DNA from: an uncultured Gammaproteobacteria bacterium
GTDB taxonomy: Bacteria > Pseudomonadota > Gammaproteobacteria > UBA9214
NCBI GenBank assembly: GCA_963748215.1
Contig: CAVVHS010000006.1
Location: 352,001 to 416,000, forward strand
DNA length: 64,000 nucleotides
Reading direction: 5' to 3'
The notes beneath the pieces were generated by a model that was not told the origin of the DNA, searched no databases, and saw only the letters and a list, made by a program, of their open reading frames with translations. Below, in pieces: positions 40,321-52,280 of this stretch. The position numbers were made by a program, and so were the translations under genes. Numbering within the stretch: position 1 is the stretch's first letter; each line of letters opens with the position of its first letter.

Positions 40321-40984
40321 GGTACTGCGTTGCGAGGGTCTGGGCAAGACTTTCAGGGAAGGCAGTGAGGCCCTGAAAATCCTGCATGACATCGATTTTA
40401 CGGTCGCGACCGGCGAGCGCATCGCGATCACGGGTGCCTCGGGCAGTGGCAAGAGCACCCTGCTGCACCTGCTCGGCGGGCTGGACCAGCCCACGACAGG
40501 TCGGGTCATCCTGGCGGGCAAACCACTCGCCAGCCTGACGGCGGCGCAGCTCGGACGATTGCGCAACCACGAACTGGGCTTCGTTTACCAGTTTCACCAC
40601 CTGTTGCCCGAGTTCACGGCGCTGGAGAACGTGGCCATGCCGCTGCTGGTGCGCGGCCTGGCGCCGGCGCAGGCGCGGCAGCAGGCCGCCGCCATGCTGG
40701 AGCGGGTCGGCCTGTCCGCGCGCCTGGGACACAAGCCCGGCGAGTTGTCGGGCGGTGAACGACAGCGGGCGGCCGTGGCGCGCGCCCTGGTGACGCAACC
40801 GCATTGCGTGCTGGCCGACGAGCCGACCGGCAACCTGGATCGCCGGAATGCCGACCAGGTCTATGCGCTGATGCTGGAGCTCAACCGGGAACTGGGTACC
40901 AGCCTGCTGGTGGCGACCCACGATGCCGCGATTGCCGAACGCATGGAACGGGTTGTGCAACTGGAGGATGGTCGCCTGGTCTAG
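40313..40984 (+). CDS. lolD: Lipoprotein-releasing ABC transporter ATPase
   Basis: [35 protein letters not shown]. Confidence 0.95.
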   Translation: MSEVLRCEGLGKTFREGSEALKILHDIDFTVATGERIAITGASGSGKSTLLHLLGGLDQPTTGRVILAGKPLASLTAAQLGRLRNHELGFVYQFHHLLPEFTALENVAMPLLVRGLAPAQARQQAAAMLERVGLSARLGHKPGELSGGERQRAAVARALVTQPHCVLADEPTGNLDRRNADQVYALMLELNRELGTSLLVATHDAAIAERMERVVQLEDGRLV

Positions 40985-41058
40985 CCGCACCGCAAAACAT
41001 GGGTCCTCCATGATCGACGCGCCGGCTCACCCGGTTTCTTCGAAGATCATGGAAGACA

Positions 41059-43350
41059 ATGTATTTAATAACAATATCGTTTGTCATCGGGGTCTGCAGC
41101 CTGTTCTGGCTCAGCGCGCTGCCGGTCACGGCGGCCGCGCTGCTGCTGCCCGCGGCGCTGGCTGCGCTGCGCTGGCCAGGGCTGCGCCCGCCGGCACTGC
41201 TGGCACTGGGTTTTGCCTGGGCGGTATTGCATGCGGCCCAGGCCCAGTCGCCGGCGCTGGACCGGTCCGTCGAGGGGCGTACCGTCCTGGTCGAGGGCAC
41301 GGTCGCCAGTCTGCCGGATCGGCGCAGCGGTCGGTTGCAGCGCTTTATCTTCCACGTCGAACGCCTGGACGACGGGTCGGGCTGGAGCGACTTCGACGGC
41401 AAGGTCAGGCTGGGCTGGTACGGTGATGGCGGCGATCCCGATGCCGGTGAGCGCTGGCAACTTGCCGTGCGACTGAAGCGTCCGTACGGCATGGCCAACC
41501 CGGGCGCTTTCGATTATGAACGCTGGTTGTTCCAGCAGCGTATTCATGCCACGGGCTACGTGCGCGAGGATCCGCGTAACCGGCGCCTGTCGAAGGGGAG
41601 GCTGTCACCGATTGCCACCTACCGCATCCGCCTGCTGCGCGCCTTCGCCGTCGAGGGTGAGACGCCCGGTACGGCGTTCGTCCAGGCGCTGACCGTCGGC
41701 GAGCGCGGTGCGATCGGCGCCGCGCAGTGGCAGGTGCTCAACGCGACCGGCACCAGCCACCTGATGGCGATTTCCGGCCTGCATATCAGCCTGGTGGCCG
41801 GTCTGGGATTCTGGCTGGTACGGCGCGGCTGGCCGCATTTCGGTCCTGTGGCCAGCCGCCTGCCGGCGCCGCGTGCGGCGGCCATCGCTGCCATAACCGT
41901 CGCCGTGCTGTATGCCATGCTGGCCGGCTTCGGCATCCCGGCGCGGCGTGCCCTGGTGATGGTCTGTGTGCTGATGCTGGCCATTCTTTCCGATCGATAT
42001 TCATCCTTTGCACAGGTCATATGCCTGGCCGCGATGTGCACGCTGCTGCTGGATCCGCTGTCAGTACTGTCGGCCGGCTGGTGGCTGTCGTTCCAGGCGG
42101 TCATTATCATCGCCTGGCTGGCCACCGGACGCCACGGGATGCCGGGGCGGGGGCGCCGCATGCTCATGCACGTGGCGCTGGCGTTCTGTATGGTACCGAT
42201 GCTGTTGTTGTTTTTTCAGCAGGCCTCGCTGCTGGCCCCGATCGCGAACGTGATCGCCGTACCGTTCGTCGGCCTGCTGATCGTGCCGCTGGCCTTGCTG
42301 GGTTGTGTGCTGTTCGCCGTCAACGAGACGCTGGGTATGCAGCTGCTCGGGATGGCCGCGGATTTGCTGGAACTGGCCTGGCCCATGCTGGAATGGCTGG
42401 CCGGCACCGGCATGGCTGCCTGGACCCGACATCAACCGCCGGCGTGGACGGTGCTGCCTGCGCTGGCCGGACTGGCACTGCTGTTCATGCCGCGCGGCAT
42501 GCCCGGCCGCTGGGCCGGTGGTGTGTTGTTGCTGCCGATGCTGCTTGTGCACCCGCCAGCCCCGCCGCCGGGTGCGGCCTGGATTACTCTGCTGGATGTC
42601 GGGCAGGGTCTGTCGGCCGTGGTGCGGACGGCACGGCATACCCTCGTCTACGATACCGGTCCACGCTACAGCCCCGATTTCGACACCGGCCAGGCGGTGG
42701 TGATCCCGTTCCTGCGCCGGCAGGGTATAACCCGGCTCGATACCCTGGTGGTCAGTCACGGCGATAACGACCATATCGGTGGTGCCGATTCGCTGCTGGC
42801 CGCCTTTCCGGCGGATGCCGTCTACAGCAGCGTACCGGACCGGTTGCCGGGCGGTGGTGCGCTGCGCTGTCGAAAAGGCCAGCACTGGCAATGGGACGGC
42901 GTCTCGTTCACGCTGCTGCATCCGGAGCCGGCAGGCGGACTGAGCGGTAACAATAACTCCTGTGTGCTGCTCGTCGAGACGACGAACGGCCAGCGCCTGC
43001 TGTTGCCTGGCGATATCGAGCGCCCCGCGGAACGACGCCTGGTCGAAACACAGCGCGGCCGGCTGCCTGCACAGGTACTGGTGGCCCCACACCACGGCAG
43101 CGCCACGTCCTCGTCGCCGGCCTTTATCGAGGCTGTCGATCCGGATGTGGTGATAATCCCGGCAGCCTGGATGAATCGCTACCGCTTCCCGAAGCGTGAC
43201 GTGGTCGAACGCTACCGCGCCGCCGGTGCGCGGATACTGGACACCGGCCGCAGCGGCGCGCTCAGCGTCAAGCTTTCATCCTCGACAGCACAACCGGAGA
43301 TCGCCGTCTGGCGGGACCGGTACCGGCATGTCTGGAGCTGGCAGGAATAA
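41059..43350 (+). CDS. comEC: Competence protein ComEC/Rec2
   Basis: NPGAFDYE, GTSHLMAISGLH, LDVGQG, SHGDNDH, PHHGS. Confidence 0.95.
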   Translation: MYLITISFVIGVCSLFWLSALPVTAAALLLPAALAALRWPGLRPPALLALGFAWAVLHAAQAQSPALDRSVEGRTVLVEGTVASLPDRRSGRLQRFIFHVERLDDGSGWSDFDGKVRLGWYGDGGDPDAGERWQLAVRLKRPYGMANPGAFDYERWLFQQRIHATGYVREDPRNRRLSKGRLSPIATYRIRLLRAFAVEGETPGTAFVQALTVGERGAIGAAQWQVLNATGTSHLMAISGLHISLVAGLGFWLVRRGWPHFGPVASRLPAPRAAAIAAITVAVLYAMLAGFGIPARRALVMVCVLMLAILSDRYSSFAQVICLAAMCTLLLDPLSVLSAGWWLSFQAVIIIAWLATGRHGMPGRGRRMLMHVALAFCMVPMLLLFFQQASLLAPIANVIAVPFVGLLIVPLALLGCVLFAVNETLGMQLLGMAADLLELAWPMLEWLAGTGMAAWTRHQPPAWTVLPALAGLALLFMPRGMPGRWAGGVLLLPMLLVHPPAPPPGAAWITLLDVGQGLSAVVRTARHTLVYDTGPRYSPDFDTGQAVVIPFLRRQGITRLDTLVVSHGDNDHIGGADSLLAAFPADAVYSSVPDRLPGGGALRCRKGQHWQWDGVSFTLLHPEPAGGLSGNNNSCVLLVETTNGQRLLLPGDIERPAERRLVETQRGRLPAQVLVAPHHGSATSSSPAFIEAVDPDVVIIPAAWMNRYRFPKRDVVERYRAAGARILDTGRSGALSVKLSSSTAQPEIAVWRDRYRHVWSWQE

Positions 43351-43437
43351 CCTGCAGTATTGTTTGGCTGTGGTTGCAAATACAGTATGATTCGCTGCGG
43401 CTGGTGATTACACAACTGTACAAAGGATGGTGATGGT

Positions 43438-44058
43438 GTGCTGGAACTGGTAGAAGCTGGCGGCTGGCTGATGCTGCCCATTATCGCGTGTTCGGTGATT
43501 GCGATGGCAATCATAGCCGAACGCCTCTGGTCATTGCGGGTAGGCCGGGTCCTGCCCAAGCACCTGGTCGCGCAGGTATGGCGCTGGGAGAAGATCAACC
43601 AGCTTGATGACCAGCACATGAAAGAACTGCAGGCCAGTTCGCCGCTGGGCGCCATCCTTGCGGCCGGTATCATCAATCGCGACAAGAGTCGCGATTATAT
43701 GAATGAGAGCATCGAGGATACCGGGCGGCACGTAGTACACGAACTCGAGCGCTTCCTGAACTCCCTGGGTACGATCGCTGCCATCACGCCGCTGCTGGGA
43801 CTGCTCGGCACCGTGATCGGCATGATCAAGGTGTTCGCCACCATCACCACGCAGGGCGTGGGCGATCCCGGTGCGCTGGCAGGAGGCATCTCCGAGGCAC
43901 TCATCACCACGGCGGCCGGTTTGTCGGTCGCCATTCCGACACTGATGTTCTACCGCTATTTTCGCGGGCGTGTCAGGATGCTGGTGCTGCGCATGGAAAA
44001 GGAAGCCATGCTGATGGTCGAGATCATGCACGGCACCCACAAACGGCGCGACGACTAG
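43438..44058 (+). CDS. exbB: MotA/TolQ/ExbB proton channel
   Basis: PLLGLLGTVIGMI, GISEALITTAAGL. Confidence 0.88.
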   Translation: MLELVEAGGWLMLPIIACSVIAMAIIAERLWSLRVGRVLPKHLVAQVWRWEKINQLDDQHMKELQASSPLGAILAAGIINRDKSRDYMNESIEDTGRHVVHELERFLNSLGTIAAITPLLGLLGTVIGMIKVFATITTQGVGDPGALAGGISEALITTAAGLSVAIPTLMFYRYFRGRVRMLVLRMEKEAMLMVEIMHGTHKRRDD

Positions 44059-44070
44059 GAGGGTGTACGC

Positions 44071-44490
44071 ATGAACCTGCAGCCAGGCAGCGAGGACGAA
44101 CCCGATGTCAACCTGACACCGCTGATCGACGTGGTGTTCCTGTTGCTGATTTTCTTCATGGTGTCGACCACCTTCGAACAGCAGTCCCGCATCCAGATCG
44201 AACTGCCCGAGGCAACGGCCGATGCGACAGCGCAGGAGGACGACACGCTGGAAATCCTGGTCGACGCGCAGGGGCGCTACTTCATTGGCGACCAGCAGGT
44301 CATCAACTCGGAACTCAAGACACTGAAGACCGCGATTCGCAAGGCGGCAGGCAACCGAGGCGAACTGCCCGTGACCATACGCGCTGACGCGAACACCCCG
44401 CACCAGGCCGTGATCCGGGTGCTGGATGCGACCAGCCAGCTGGGCCTGACGCATATTTCGCTGGCGACATCGAAAATCGAGGAACAGTAA
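44071..44490 (+). CDS. exbD: ExbD/TolR protein
   Basis: NLTPLIDVVFLLLIFFMV, IRAD. Confidence 0.9.
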   Translation: MNLQPGSEDEPDVNLTPLIDVVFLLLIFFMVSTTFEQQSRIQIELPEATADATAQEDDTLEILVDAQGRYFIGDQQVINSELKTLKTAIRKAAGNRGELPVTIRADANTPHQAVIRVLDATSQLGLTHISLATSKIEEQ

Positions 44491-44502
44491 GCGCATCACC
44501 AG

Positions 44503-45537
44503 ATGAAGGGCCTTAACTATTACTGGTATTCGCGTAGCCCCTGGCTCGTCCTGCTGACACCCCTGTCACTGCTGTTTCGTATCCTCGTCCGGCTGCGGCG
44601 GTCAGCCTATCGCACGGGCCTGCTGCGCAGTCACCGCATCGAGGCACCGGTCATTGTGGTCGGCAATATTACCGTTGGCGGCACCGGCAAGACCCCGCTG
44701 GTGGCCTGGCTTGCCGGTTATCTCGGGGAGCAGGGTTTCAAGCCCGGCATTGTCGCGCGCGGGTACGGGGGCAGGGCGGCATCGTGGCCGCAACAGGTGC
44801 GTGCTGACAGCGATCCTGCCGTGGTCGGCGACGAGGCCGTGCTGCTGGCCAACCTGACAGGCTGTCCGCTGGCAGTCGGTCCCGATCGCGTGGCCACGGC
44901 CGAGGCACTGATCAAGTACAATGACTGTAACCTGGTCATCAGCGACGACGGACTGCAGCATTATGCCCTGCGGCGCGATATCGAAATCATCGTGATCGAC
45001 GGGGTGCGCCGCTTCGGTGTCGGTTTCATGCTGCCGGCCGGGCCGCTGCGTGAACCGGTCAGCCGCTTGCGCGAGGCGGACCTGCTGGTGGTCAACGGTA
45101 TCGGTGGCGCGGGTGAATACCCCATGAAGCTGAAATCGGGTGACGTGCATAACCTGCGCGATGACAGCGTGATGAAAAAACTGTCGGATTTCAGGGGCGG
45201 CAAAGTGCACGCCGTGGCCGGGATCGGCAACCCGGAGCGGTTTTTCCAGTCCCTGCGTCAGGTCGTCCGCCACGTCGATGAGCATGCATTTCCGGACCAT
45301 CATCGCTACCGGGCCGGTGATCTGCGTTTTGATGATGATGCGCCGGTACTCATGACAGCGAAGGATGCGGTCAAGTGTCGCCGATTTGCCAGCGGCAACG
45401 AATGGTATATTCCGGTCAGGGCCGAAATGTCGAGGGATTTTCAGGCGCGGCTGAATGCGTTGCTGGAGTCTCGCGGTTGTCGTGCGGAGATATGTGCTGC
45501 AGGCGCAGATTTGCCACCAGGAGTACAATGTGGATAA
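44503..45537 (+). CDS. lpxK: Tetraacyldisaccharide 4'-kinase
   Basis: [33 protein letters not shown]. Confidence 0.96.
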   Translation: MKGLNYYWYSRSPWLVLLTPLSLLFRILVRLRRSAYRTGLLRSHRIEAPVIVVGNITVGGTGKTPLVAWLAGYLGEQGFKPGIVARGYGGRAASWPQQVRADSDPAVVGDEAVLLANLTGCPLAVGPDRVATAEALIKYNDCNLVISDDGLQHYALRRDIEIIVIDGVRRFGVGFMLPAGPLREPVSRLREADLLVVNGIGGAGEYPMKLKSGDVHNLRDDSVMKKLSDFRGGKVHAVAGIGNPERFFQSLRQVVRHVDEHAFPDHHRYRAGDLRFDDDAPVLMTAKDAVKCRRFASGNEWYIPVRAEMSRDFQARLNALLESRGCRAEICAAGADLPPGVQCG

Positions 45538-45709
45538 AAAATTGCTGGATATTCTTGCCTGCCCTGTATGCAAGGGGGCGCTGCTTTATCGCAAGGATGA
45601 AGAGGAACTGGTTTGCAAGGTCGACCGGCTGGCGTACCCGATCAGGAACGATATACCCGTCATGCTGGTCGACGAGGCCAGGCAACTCGCCGCTGACGAG
45701 GAAGTCTGA
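45530..45709 (+). CDS. ycaR: Trm112-like protein YcaR
   Basis: (V)[15 protein letters not shown]...[11 protein letters not shown]; GTG start. Confidence 0.9.
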   Translation: MDKKLLDILACPVCKGALLYRKDEEELVCKVDRLAYPIRNDIPVMLVDEARQLAADEEV

Positions 45710-45717
45710 ATTTTCGC

Positions 45718-46473
45718 ATGGCCGGTACCGGGTTCAGGGTCATCATACCCGCACGCTATGCCTCGACCCGGCTGCCCGGCAAGCCACTGCTGCCGATCGC
45801 CGGGCGTCCCATGCTGCAGCACGTGTATGAGCGGGCGCTGGCGTGCGGTGCAAGTGATGTTGTGATCGCCACGGATGATGAACGCATTGCGCAGGTCGCA
45901 GCCGGGTTCGGCGCACCCGTGTGCATGACCGCGATCGACCATGCATCAGGCACCGAGCGTCTCGCCGAGGTGGTGGAACTGCACGGCTGGTCCGCGGACA
46001 GCATCGTGGTGAACGTCCAGGGTGACGAGCCACTGATCGAGCCGGCGCTGATACGGCAGGTCGCGGACGATCTTGCCGCTTACCCGGAGGCCGCCATGGC
46101 AACGCTGGCCTATCCGCTTGCATCGCCTGCCATGCTGAACGACCCGAATGTGGTGAAGGTTGTGCTCGACAGGGAAGGTTATGCCCTGTATTTCAGTCGT
46201 GCACCGATTCCATTCGTTCGTGATGCGGCTGCGGGCGATGGCGCCGAAGGCTTGCGTCACATCGGCCTGTACGGCTACCGGGCCGGCTTCCTTGGCCGTT
46301 ACCGTCAGCTCGAGACCGCCCCCTGCGAACAACTGGAGAAGCTTGAGCAGTTGCGCGTGCTGTGGCACGGCATGAAGATCCACGTCAGTATCGCTGCGCG
46401 CATGCCCGGTCCCGGCGTCGATACCCATGAAGACCTGCAGCGGGTCGAGGGCCTGATGGCTGACGCCGGGTGA
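45718..46473 (+). CDS. kdsB: 3-deoxy-manno-octulosonate cytidylyltransferase
   Basis: [30 protein letters not shown]. Confidence 0.96.
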   Translation: MAGTGFRVIIPARYASTRLPGKPLLPIAGRPMLQHVYERALACGASDVVIATDDERIAQVAAGFGAPVCMTAIDHASGTERLAEVVELHGWSADSIVVNVQGDEPLIEPALIRQVADDLAAYPEAAMATLAYPLASPAMLNDPNVVKVVLDREGYALYFSRAPIPFVRDAAAGDGAEGLRHIGLYGYRAGFLGRYRQLETAPCEQLEKLEQLRVLWHGMKIHVSIAARMPGPGVDTHEDLQRVEGLMADAG

Positions 46474-46490
46474 GCGCCGCAGGTGTGTCG

Positions 46491-46907
46491 CTACAGCCGC
46501 CCGGTCTGCGAGGCGACCTGTTGCATGTAGTTTTCGATGCCGCGGATATCGGTATCGCGCAAGGCAATGAACTGGGCGCCGACTGTGAAGCTGTCCTGGG
46601 ACAGACGTTCGGTATAGATGAGCCGGGCCTGTGCCCGGACCGACAGGGGTTTCTTTCTGCCCGCAGCGTGCAACTGGAAATATATCTCGATTTCGACACC
46701 GCTGACCTGTCCGGGGATTCTCTGGTCTTCCGGCAGCAGCAGGTTGAATACCGCGCGATTGCAGGTGAATTTCAGGCCACCCGCCGACAGGTTGATAATG
46801 ATGACGTTTTTTCTGTTCCCACCGACCGGGCGCACCTGGCAGGGTATCTCGGTGGTGATCCGTTCATGTTCGCGGTCAATCCAGAAATGCTGTTTATTTG
46901 TCGCCAT
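46491..46907 (-). CDS. PilZ-domain protein
   Basis: REHER (RxxxR) and NLSAGG motifs. Confidence 0.8.
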   Translation of the reverse strand: MATNKQHFWIDREHERITTEIPCQVRPVGGNRKNVIIINLSAGGLKFTCNRAVFNLLLPEDQRIPGQVSGVEIEIYFQLHAAGRKKPLSVRAQARLIYTERLSQDSFTVGAQFIALRDTDIRGIENYMQQVASQTGRL

Positions 46908-47158
46908 TGTTATCCTGGAGCCGGCTCTGGCTGTCACTGTAACGCGCATCTCATGGCGCGTGCATCATAGTATGTTAAGCGTACGGTGTCATAATATAGA
47001 GCGTCCGAAGCCGGGCCATAAGCGGCGCGCAACACCGCCGGAGGGTGGTTTGCGGGAGCGACGGAGTGCCTGTCAGGTGTAACAAGGTCGTGGGTGTTGA
47101 TTATTTGACGCACATTTAAACAATAACTTGGTAATATTTCAATGACTCTGGATTATCC

Positions 47159-47923
47159 ATGAAAAGCTACATAAAGGAATTGCTGTACCTGGTGCTGTGG
47201 ATTTTAGCCGGCTGTTTGCTGATGCCGCCGGTTTTCTGGTGGCTGGGCAGCCAGGGAATCCTGACTGTACCCGATATGGAGTTCGGGACGCTGCGGGCAA
47301 CCTACCTGGATGTCGTCGCCAGACTGCGCGAGCCGCTGTGGCTGATTGCCATGAGCTTTCCTTATCTGATCTTCAGCGCGGTGCGGATGTTGCGCGGGAG
47401 TCTGGGCCCGTCAGGGTCGACCGAGCTGGGCCTCGCCGTGACCCGGGGCGAACCGGCCCTGGTGCAGCAACTCATCGAGCAGGGACAGGACCTGAACCAG
47501 GGCAATGCCGCCGGTGAAACGCCCTTGCACCTTGCAGTCATGCGCGGTGACATGAGCATGACCTGGATGTTGCTGGAGGGCGGGGCCGATTTCAACGCAA
47601 CCGATCAGGCGGTCGGTTACAGTCCGCTGCAAATCGCCGCGTTGCAGGGACACAGTGAAATCTGTGAAGCGTTGATTCGCTACGGCGCCGGTGTGGATGC
47701 ACTGACCTCAAGGCATGAAACGGCCCTGCATCTGGCAGCACGGGCCGGGCATGGCGCGGTCGTAGCGGTATTGCTTAAGTACCGGACCAATACCGGTATC
47801 AGAAACAACGCGGGACAGACGGCACGGCAGATCGCGGAACAGCAAGGGCATGTCGAACTGGTCAGCCTGATGGATCAGCACGCCAGCAGTGAGTGGCCCT
47901 ATCTCAGATTGTCGAATGGCTGA
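47159..47923 (+). CDS. Membrane-anchored ankyrin-repeat protein
   Basis: Two N-terminal hydrophobic segments; GETPLHLA, YSPLQIAA, ETALHLAA repeats. Confidence 0.85.
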   Translation: MKSYIKELLYLVLWILAGCLLMPPVFWWLGSQGILTVPDMEFGTLRATYLDVVARLREPLWLIAMSFPYLIFSAVRMLRGSLGPSGSTELGLAVTRGEPALVQQLIEQGQDLNQGNAAGETPLHLAVMRGDMSMTWMLLEGGADFNATDQAVGYSPLQIAALQGHSEICEALIRYGAGVDALTSRHETALHLAARAGHGAVVAVLLKYRTNTGIRNNAGQTARQIAEQQGHVELVSLMDQHASSEWPYLRLSNG

Positions 47924-47973
47924 CGGTCGTTCATCGCTCAAACAGTTTTTCAAACTCCTGTATATTACGTGCC

Positions 47974-48456
47974 ATGGAAACTGTAAAAGTCCTGTTTGTC
48001 TGCATGGGCAATATCTGTCGTTCTCCGACAGCGCAGGGTGTGTTCACCCGGCATGTCGAGGAGACGAACCTGTCCGATGTCATACTGATCGATTCGGCCG
48101 GCACCCATGCCTATCATGTCGGTGAGCCGCCGGACAGCCGGGCGAGCGCCGCCGCGCTGCGCCGCGGCATCGACCTGTCCAGTCAGAAGGCACGCCGGGT
48201 GCAGGAGGCGGATTTCGAAGTATTCGATTATGTGCTGGCAATGGACCAGAGCAATTACGAGGCTCTCGCGAGCCTCTGCCTGCCTGAACAGCGTTCCAGG
48301 CTGCACCTGTTCCTGGACTTCGCCCCCGAACTGGGTACCCGTGATGTCCCCGATCCCTACTATGGCGGCACGACCGGCTTCGAACGGGTACTGGACCTGA
48401 TCGATGCGGCGTCAATCGGCTTGCTGGCGAACATCCGCAAGCAGCACGGAATCTGA
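47974..48456 (+). CDS. Low-molecular-weight protein-tyrosine phosphatase
   Basis: VCMGNICRSP, DSAGT, DVPDPYYG. Confidence 0.95.
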   Translation: METVKVLFVCMGNICRSPTAQGVFTRHVEETNLSDVILIDSAGTHAYHVGEPPDSRASAAALRRGIDLSSQKARRVQEADFEVFDYVLAMDQSNYEALASLCLPEQRSRLHLFLDFAPELGTRDVPDPYYGGTTGFERVLDLIDAASIGLLANIRKQHGI

Positions 48457-48466
48457 CACCCGGCCG

Positions 48467-50863
48467 TTATTCGGCGGCCACCTTTGCCTTGGGTTGTTCG
48501 GGAGGCGTACCGGAATCGCCGCCGCTGTTGTCGTGTGCGGCCGGTGGTTTCGGCTGCGACGGTTCCCTGGTTGCGGGTGCGTCGCCGGCCGGTTTCTTCG
48601 CGGCCTCGGTTGTCGGTGACGTGGCATTAGCAGCAGCGGTGCGGGCCCCGGATGTCTCGCGCGTGTTGCCACTGCCTGTGGCGGCCGCTGCAGCACCCGA
48701 TGTGCGCTTGCCATCCTCGGTGCCGGTTGAAGTCTTTTCCTTCGAATCACTCGCCGCAGGCGCGTTGCCGGATGCGGCCTGGTTACCTGCAGTGCCCGCT
48801 GCGTTATCCTGGGTGCGGGTTTGTGTGCTGCGCCGGCGCCCGCCGCGGCGCCCGCGCCGGGAACTGCGTCGCGGTGTCGTCTGGCTGTCGTCCTGCGCGG
48901 GAGTGCCTGACTCTGCGGCTTGTGCATCGGGCTTGACTGCAGGCTGCGCGGTTTTCCGGGTGTCGCCCTGGCGTGCCTGGGCGGTCTTGCCCTGGCGGCT
49001 GGTGCGGCTGCCCTGGCGTTCATCCGGCCGCCGGCCGGTGCTGCGCCGGCTGCTGCTGCCGCTGCGGGTGCCATCGCGGCCGCTCTCACGCTGACGTGTG
49101 ACCGGGCGGCTGCGTTCCGTTTCGCGCTGGCCACCTTGCTTCGGCTGTTCCGTATCACCGCTGCTGCCGAACAGGCTGCCGAATACCCGTTTCAGCAGGC
49201 CGGGTTTCGCTTCTGCCCCGGGTGCTGCCGGTACCGGAGCGGGAGCCGGTGCGGGTGTTGGCGGCGCCACGGACTGCACGGCAGGTACTTCCGCTTCCGC
49301 CCGTACCTCCTCAAACGGCGCCTGAGTCTCGACGTCCTCACGTGTCAGCGCCAGGTCGTAGCTGGCCTGCTGCCGTACGGTGCCGACCTCGTCGGCGCGG
49401 ATACGCTGGATATCGAAATTCGGTGTTTCGAGTGCCGGTGTCGGGATCAGCATGACAGCAATCTTGTGACGTGCTTCCAGCATCGCCAGCAGGTCGCGCT
49501 TTTCGTTGAGCAGGAAGGTGCCGACATCGACCGGTACGTGTGCGATCACGCGTGCCGTGTTCTCCTTCATGACTTCTTCCTCGATCACGCGCAGTACGGA
49601 CAGCGACAGTGATTCGACACCGCGAATGGTGCCCTGGCCGGTGCAGCGCGGGCAGACGATCTGGCTGGATTCGCCGAGCGACGGTCGCAGGCGCTGACGT
49701 GACATCTCCAGCAGGCCGAAGCGCGAGATGCGGCCGATCTGAACCCGCGCGCGGTCCAGCTTGAGGGCGTCGCGCAGGCGGTTCTCCACTTCGCGCAAGT
49801 TGCGCGCCGGCTGCATGTCGATGAAATCGATCACTACCAGGCCACCAAGATCACGGATGCGCAGCTGGCGGGCGACTTCGTCGGCCGCCTCCAGGTTGGT
49901 GTTCAGGGCAGTTTCCTCGATATCGCCACCCTTGGTGGCGCGCGCCGAGTTCACGTCGATCGCGATCAGTGCCTCGGTGTGGTCGATGACCACCGCGCCG
50001 CCGGATGGCAGGCGCACCTCGCGCTTGAAGGCGGACTCGATCTGGGACTCGATCTGGAAGCGGTTGAACAGGGGGATGGTTTCCTGGTAAAGCTTCAGCT
50101 TGCTCAGGTTGTGCGGCATTACCCGTTCCATGAATTCCTTGGCCGTCTCGATGACTTCATTGCTGTCGATGAGGATTTCGGCAACGTCGTTGCGCAGGTA
50201 GTCGCGCAGGGCGCGGATGATGACGTTGCTTTCCTGGTACACCAGAAACGGGGCGGGGCGTTCGGTGGCTGCGCTCTCGATGACACTCCACAGGTGGGTC
50301 AGGTAGTCGAGATCCCACTGCAGTTCCTCGCTGCTGCGCCCGATGCCGGCGGTTCGCACGATCACGCCCATGCCCTCCGGGATGTTCATGGCGGCCATGG
50401 CCTCACGCACCAGGTCGCGATCCTCGCCCTGGATGCGCCGTGACACGCCACCGGCGCGCGGGTTGTTTGGCATCAGCACCATGTAGCGGCCGGCCAGGCT
50501 GATGAAAGTGGTCAGTGCGGCACCCTTGTTACCGCGCTCTTCCTTTTCGACCTGCACCACCAGTTCCTGGCCTTCGTGGAGGGCATCCTTGATGCTGAGC
50601 CGGCCGCCCGCCTCGCGTGCGGATTCACTGAAATAGCTGCGTGCGATTTCCTTCAGCGGCAGGAAACCGTGCCGGTTGCCGCCGTAATCGATGAAGGCCG
50701 CCTCGAGACTGGGCTCGATGCGGGTTATCTTTCCCTTGTAGACATTGGACTTTTTCTGCCCGCGGGCGGGGACTTCTATATCAAGGTCGTAGAGTTTCTG
50801 GCCATCGACCATGGCAACACGCAATTCTTCGGGCTGCGTGGTGTTGATAAGCATTCTTTTCAT
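48467..50863 (-). CDS. rne: Ribonuclease E
   Basis: [28 protein letters not shown], membrane-targeting helix and Arg-rich disordered C-terminal domain. Confidence 0.96.
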   Translation of the reverse strand: MKRMLINTTQPEELRVAMVDGQKLYDLDIEVPARGQKKSNVYKGKITRIEPSLEAAFIDYGGNRHGFLPLKEIARSYFSESAREAGGRLSIKDALHEGQELVVQVEKEERGNKGAALTTFISLAGRYMVLMPNNPRAGGVSRRIQGEDRDLVREAMAAMNIPEGMGVIVRTAGIGRSSEELQWDLDYLTHLWSVIESAATERPAPFLVYQESNVIIRALRDYLRNDVAEILIDSNEVIETAKEFMERVMPHNLSKLKLYQETIPLFNRFQIESQIESAFKREVRLPSGGAVVIDHTEALIAIDVNSARATKGGDIEETALNTNLEAADEVARQLRIRDLGGLVVIDFIDMQPARNLREVENRLRDALKLDRARVQIGRISRFGLLEMSRQRLRPSLGESSQIVCPRCTGQGTIRGVESLSLSVLRVIEEEVMKENTARVIAHVPVDVGTFLLNEKRDLLAMLEARHKIAVMLIPTPALETPNFDIQRIRADEVGTVRQQASYDLALTREDVETQAPFEEVRAEAEVPAVQSVAPPTPAPAPAPVPAAPGAEAKPGLLKRVFGSLFGSSGDTEQPKQGGQRETERSRPVTRQRESGRDGTRSGSSSRRSTGRRPDERQGSRTSRQGKTAQARQGDTRKTAQPAVKPDAQAAESGTPAQDDSQTTPRRSSRRGRRGGRRRSTQTRTQDNAAGTAGNQAASGNAPAASDSKEKTSTGTEDGKRTSGAAAAATGSGNTRETSGARTAAANATSPTTEAAKKPAGDAPATREPSQPKPPAAHDNSGGDSGTPPEQPKAKVAAE

Positions 50864-51278
50864 GTTTTTTGTCTCTGTTGCGCTCGACCCGGTCACGCCG
50901 CAACCTTACCGGCCGGCTGGCCGGTACCGCGACACGCAGCCAGCCGGTACGGGGTATCGTGATACCCGCCAGCAGTGCCAGACTGTACGTGACGAACAGT
51001 AGTTCTACGTATTCCATGGGAGCGATTGTCATTAATCAGGATTTCTACAGCATCATGCTGAACAACTATGGAGATGCCTGGCCGGTATTGCGCCCACCAT
51101 CACCATAAATAAACAGGTAACTTCGGCAATCGCCGGGCAGGCGTGCTGCCGGCCCGTAGCCTTCGCCGAGGCTGAACTATAGCAATGTTACCGAGCGCCC
51201 GCAAACAACTTCAACTGATACAAACAGGTGATTCCCTGTACAATTTCCGGTTGGAACCACAGACCCATGCGACATGAC

Positions 51279-52235
51279 ATGACACAATCCGACAGCGGCA
51301 ACCGCCCGCGCGCCCGCCTGGTCAGCGTCAGTGCCGACGAGGCCGGGCAGCGCATTGACAACTTTCTGGCGCGTCATCTCAAGGGCGTGCCGAAGAGCCA
51401 TATCTACCGCATTCTGCGCCGTGGCGAGGTGCGCGTGAACAGCGGTCGCATCCAGGCGCGTTACAAGGTCTGCGCGGGCGATAACGTGCGCATCCCGCCG
51501 GTACGGGTGGCGGAGCCGGCCGAAAATGCGCCAGCCGGCCGCCACGCGCCGCCCCTGGCGCCGTATATCCTGTTCGAAAATGCGCGCTGCCTGGTCATCA
51601 ACAAGCCGGCCGGCATGGCGGTGCACGGCGGCAGCGGTCTCAGCTTCGGCGTGATCGAGGCGCTGCGCGCCGAACGTCCCGATGCACCCTTCCTGGAACT
51701 TGCTCACCGCCTCGATCGCGAGACCTCGGGCTGCCTGCTGCTGGCCAGGCGACGCAGTTTCCTGCGCGCCTTCCACGAGCAGCTGCGTGCGGGAACGGTC
51801 CGCAAGGTCTATGTGGCGTTGCTGGCCGGTCACTGGGAGGGCGGTGCGCGCCGCGTGGATGTGCCGCTGCGCAAGAACCAGCTGCGCGGTGGCGAACGCA
51901 TGGTGCAGGTCGATACCCAGGGCAAGCAGGCGCTGTCGGTGTTCACGCCGCGGGTCCGCTATCCGGATGCGACCCTGGTGGAGGTCGAGCTGCTGACCGG
52001 GCGCACCCACCAGATCCGCGTGCATGCCGCCCATATCGGCCACCCGCTGGCCGGTGACGAGAAATACGGCGACCGGGCGTTCAACCAGGTGATGCGTGAA
52101 CGCGGCCTGCGCCGCATGTTCCTGCATGCAAGCCGCCTGACGTTCACCGACCCCGCAAACGATGAGGAAATCGTCATCGAGGCACCACTCGACCACACGC
52201 TGCAGACTGTTCTCGACCGCCTTGAGACGTCATAA
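51279..52235 (+). CDS. rluC: 23S rRNA pseudouridine synthase C
   Basis: GQRIDNFL S4 domain, HRLDRETSG, TGRTHQIRVH; divergent from rne. Confidence 0.93.
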   Translation: MTQSDSGNRPRARLVSVSADEAGQRIDNFLARHLKGVPKSHIYRILRRGEVRVNSGRIQARYKVCAGDNVRIPPVRVAEPAENAPAGRHAPPLAPYILFENARCLVINKPAGMAVHGGSGLSFGVIEALRAERPDAPFLELAHRLDRETSGCLLLARRRSFLRAFHEQLRAGTVRKVYVALLAGHWEGGARRVDVPLRKNQLRGGERMVQVDTQGKQALSVFTPRVRYPDATLVEVELLTGRTHQIRVHAAHIGHPLAGDEKYGDRAFNQVMRERGLRRMFLHASRLTFTDPANDEEIVIEAPLDHTLQTVLDRLETS

Positions 52236-52280
52236 TCCTCACTCGTATTTTTCACACGTCGTAACCACGGCCCGACCCGC

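Noticed and set aside
43368-43385. Second LexA box upstream of exbB
   Set aside because: CTGT-N10-ACAG spacing, whereas LexA needs N8.
48467-49300. Low-complexity Arg/Ala-rich repeat-like region
   Set aside because: It is the normal disordered C-terminal scaffold of RNase E.
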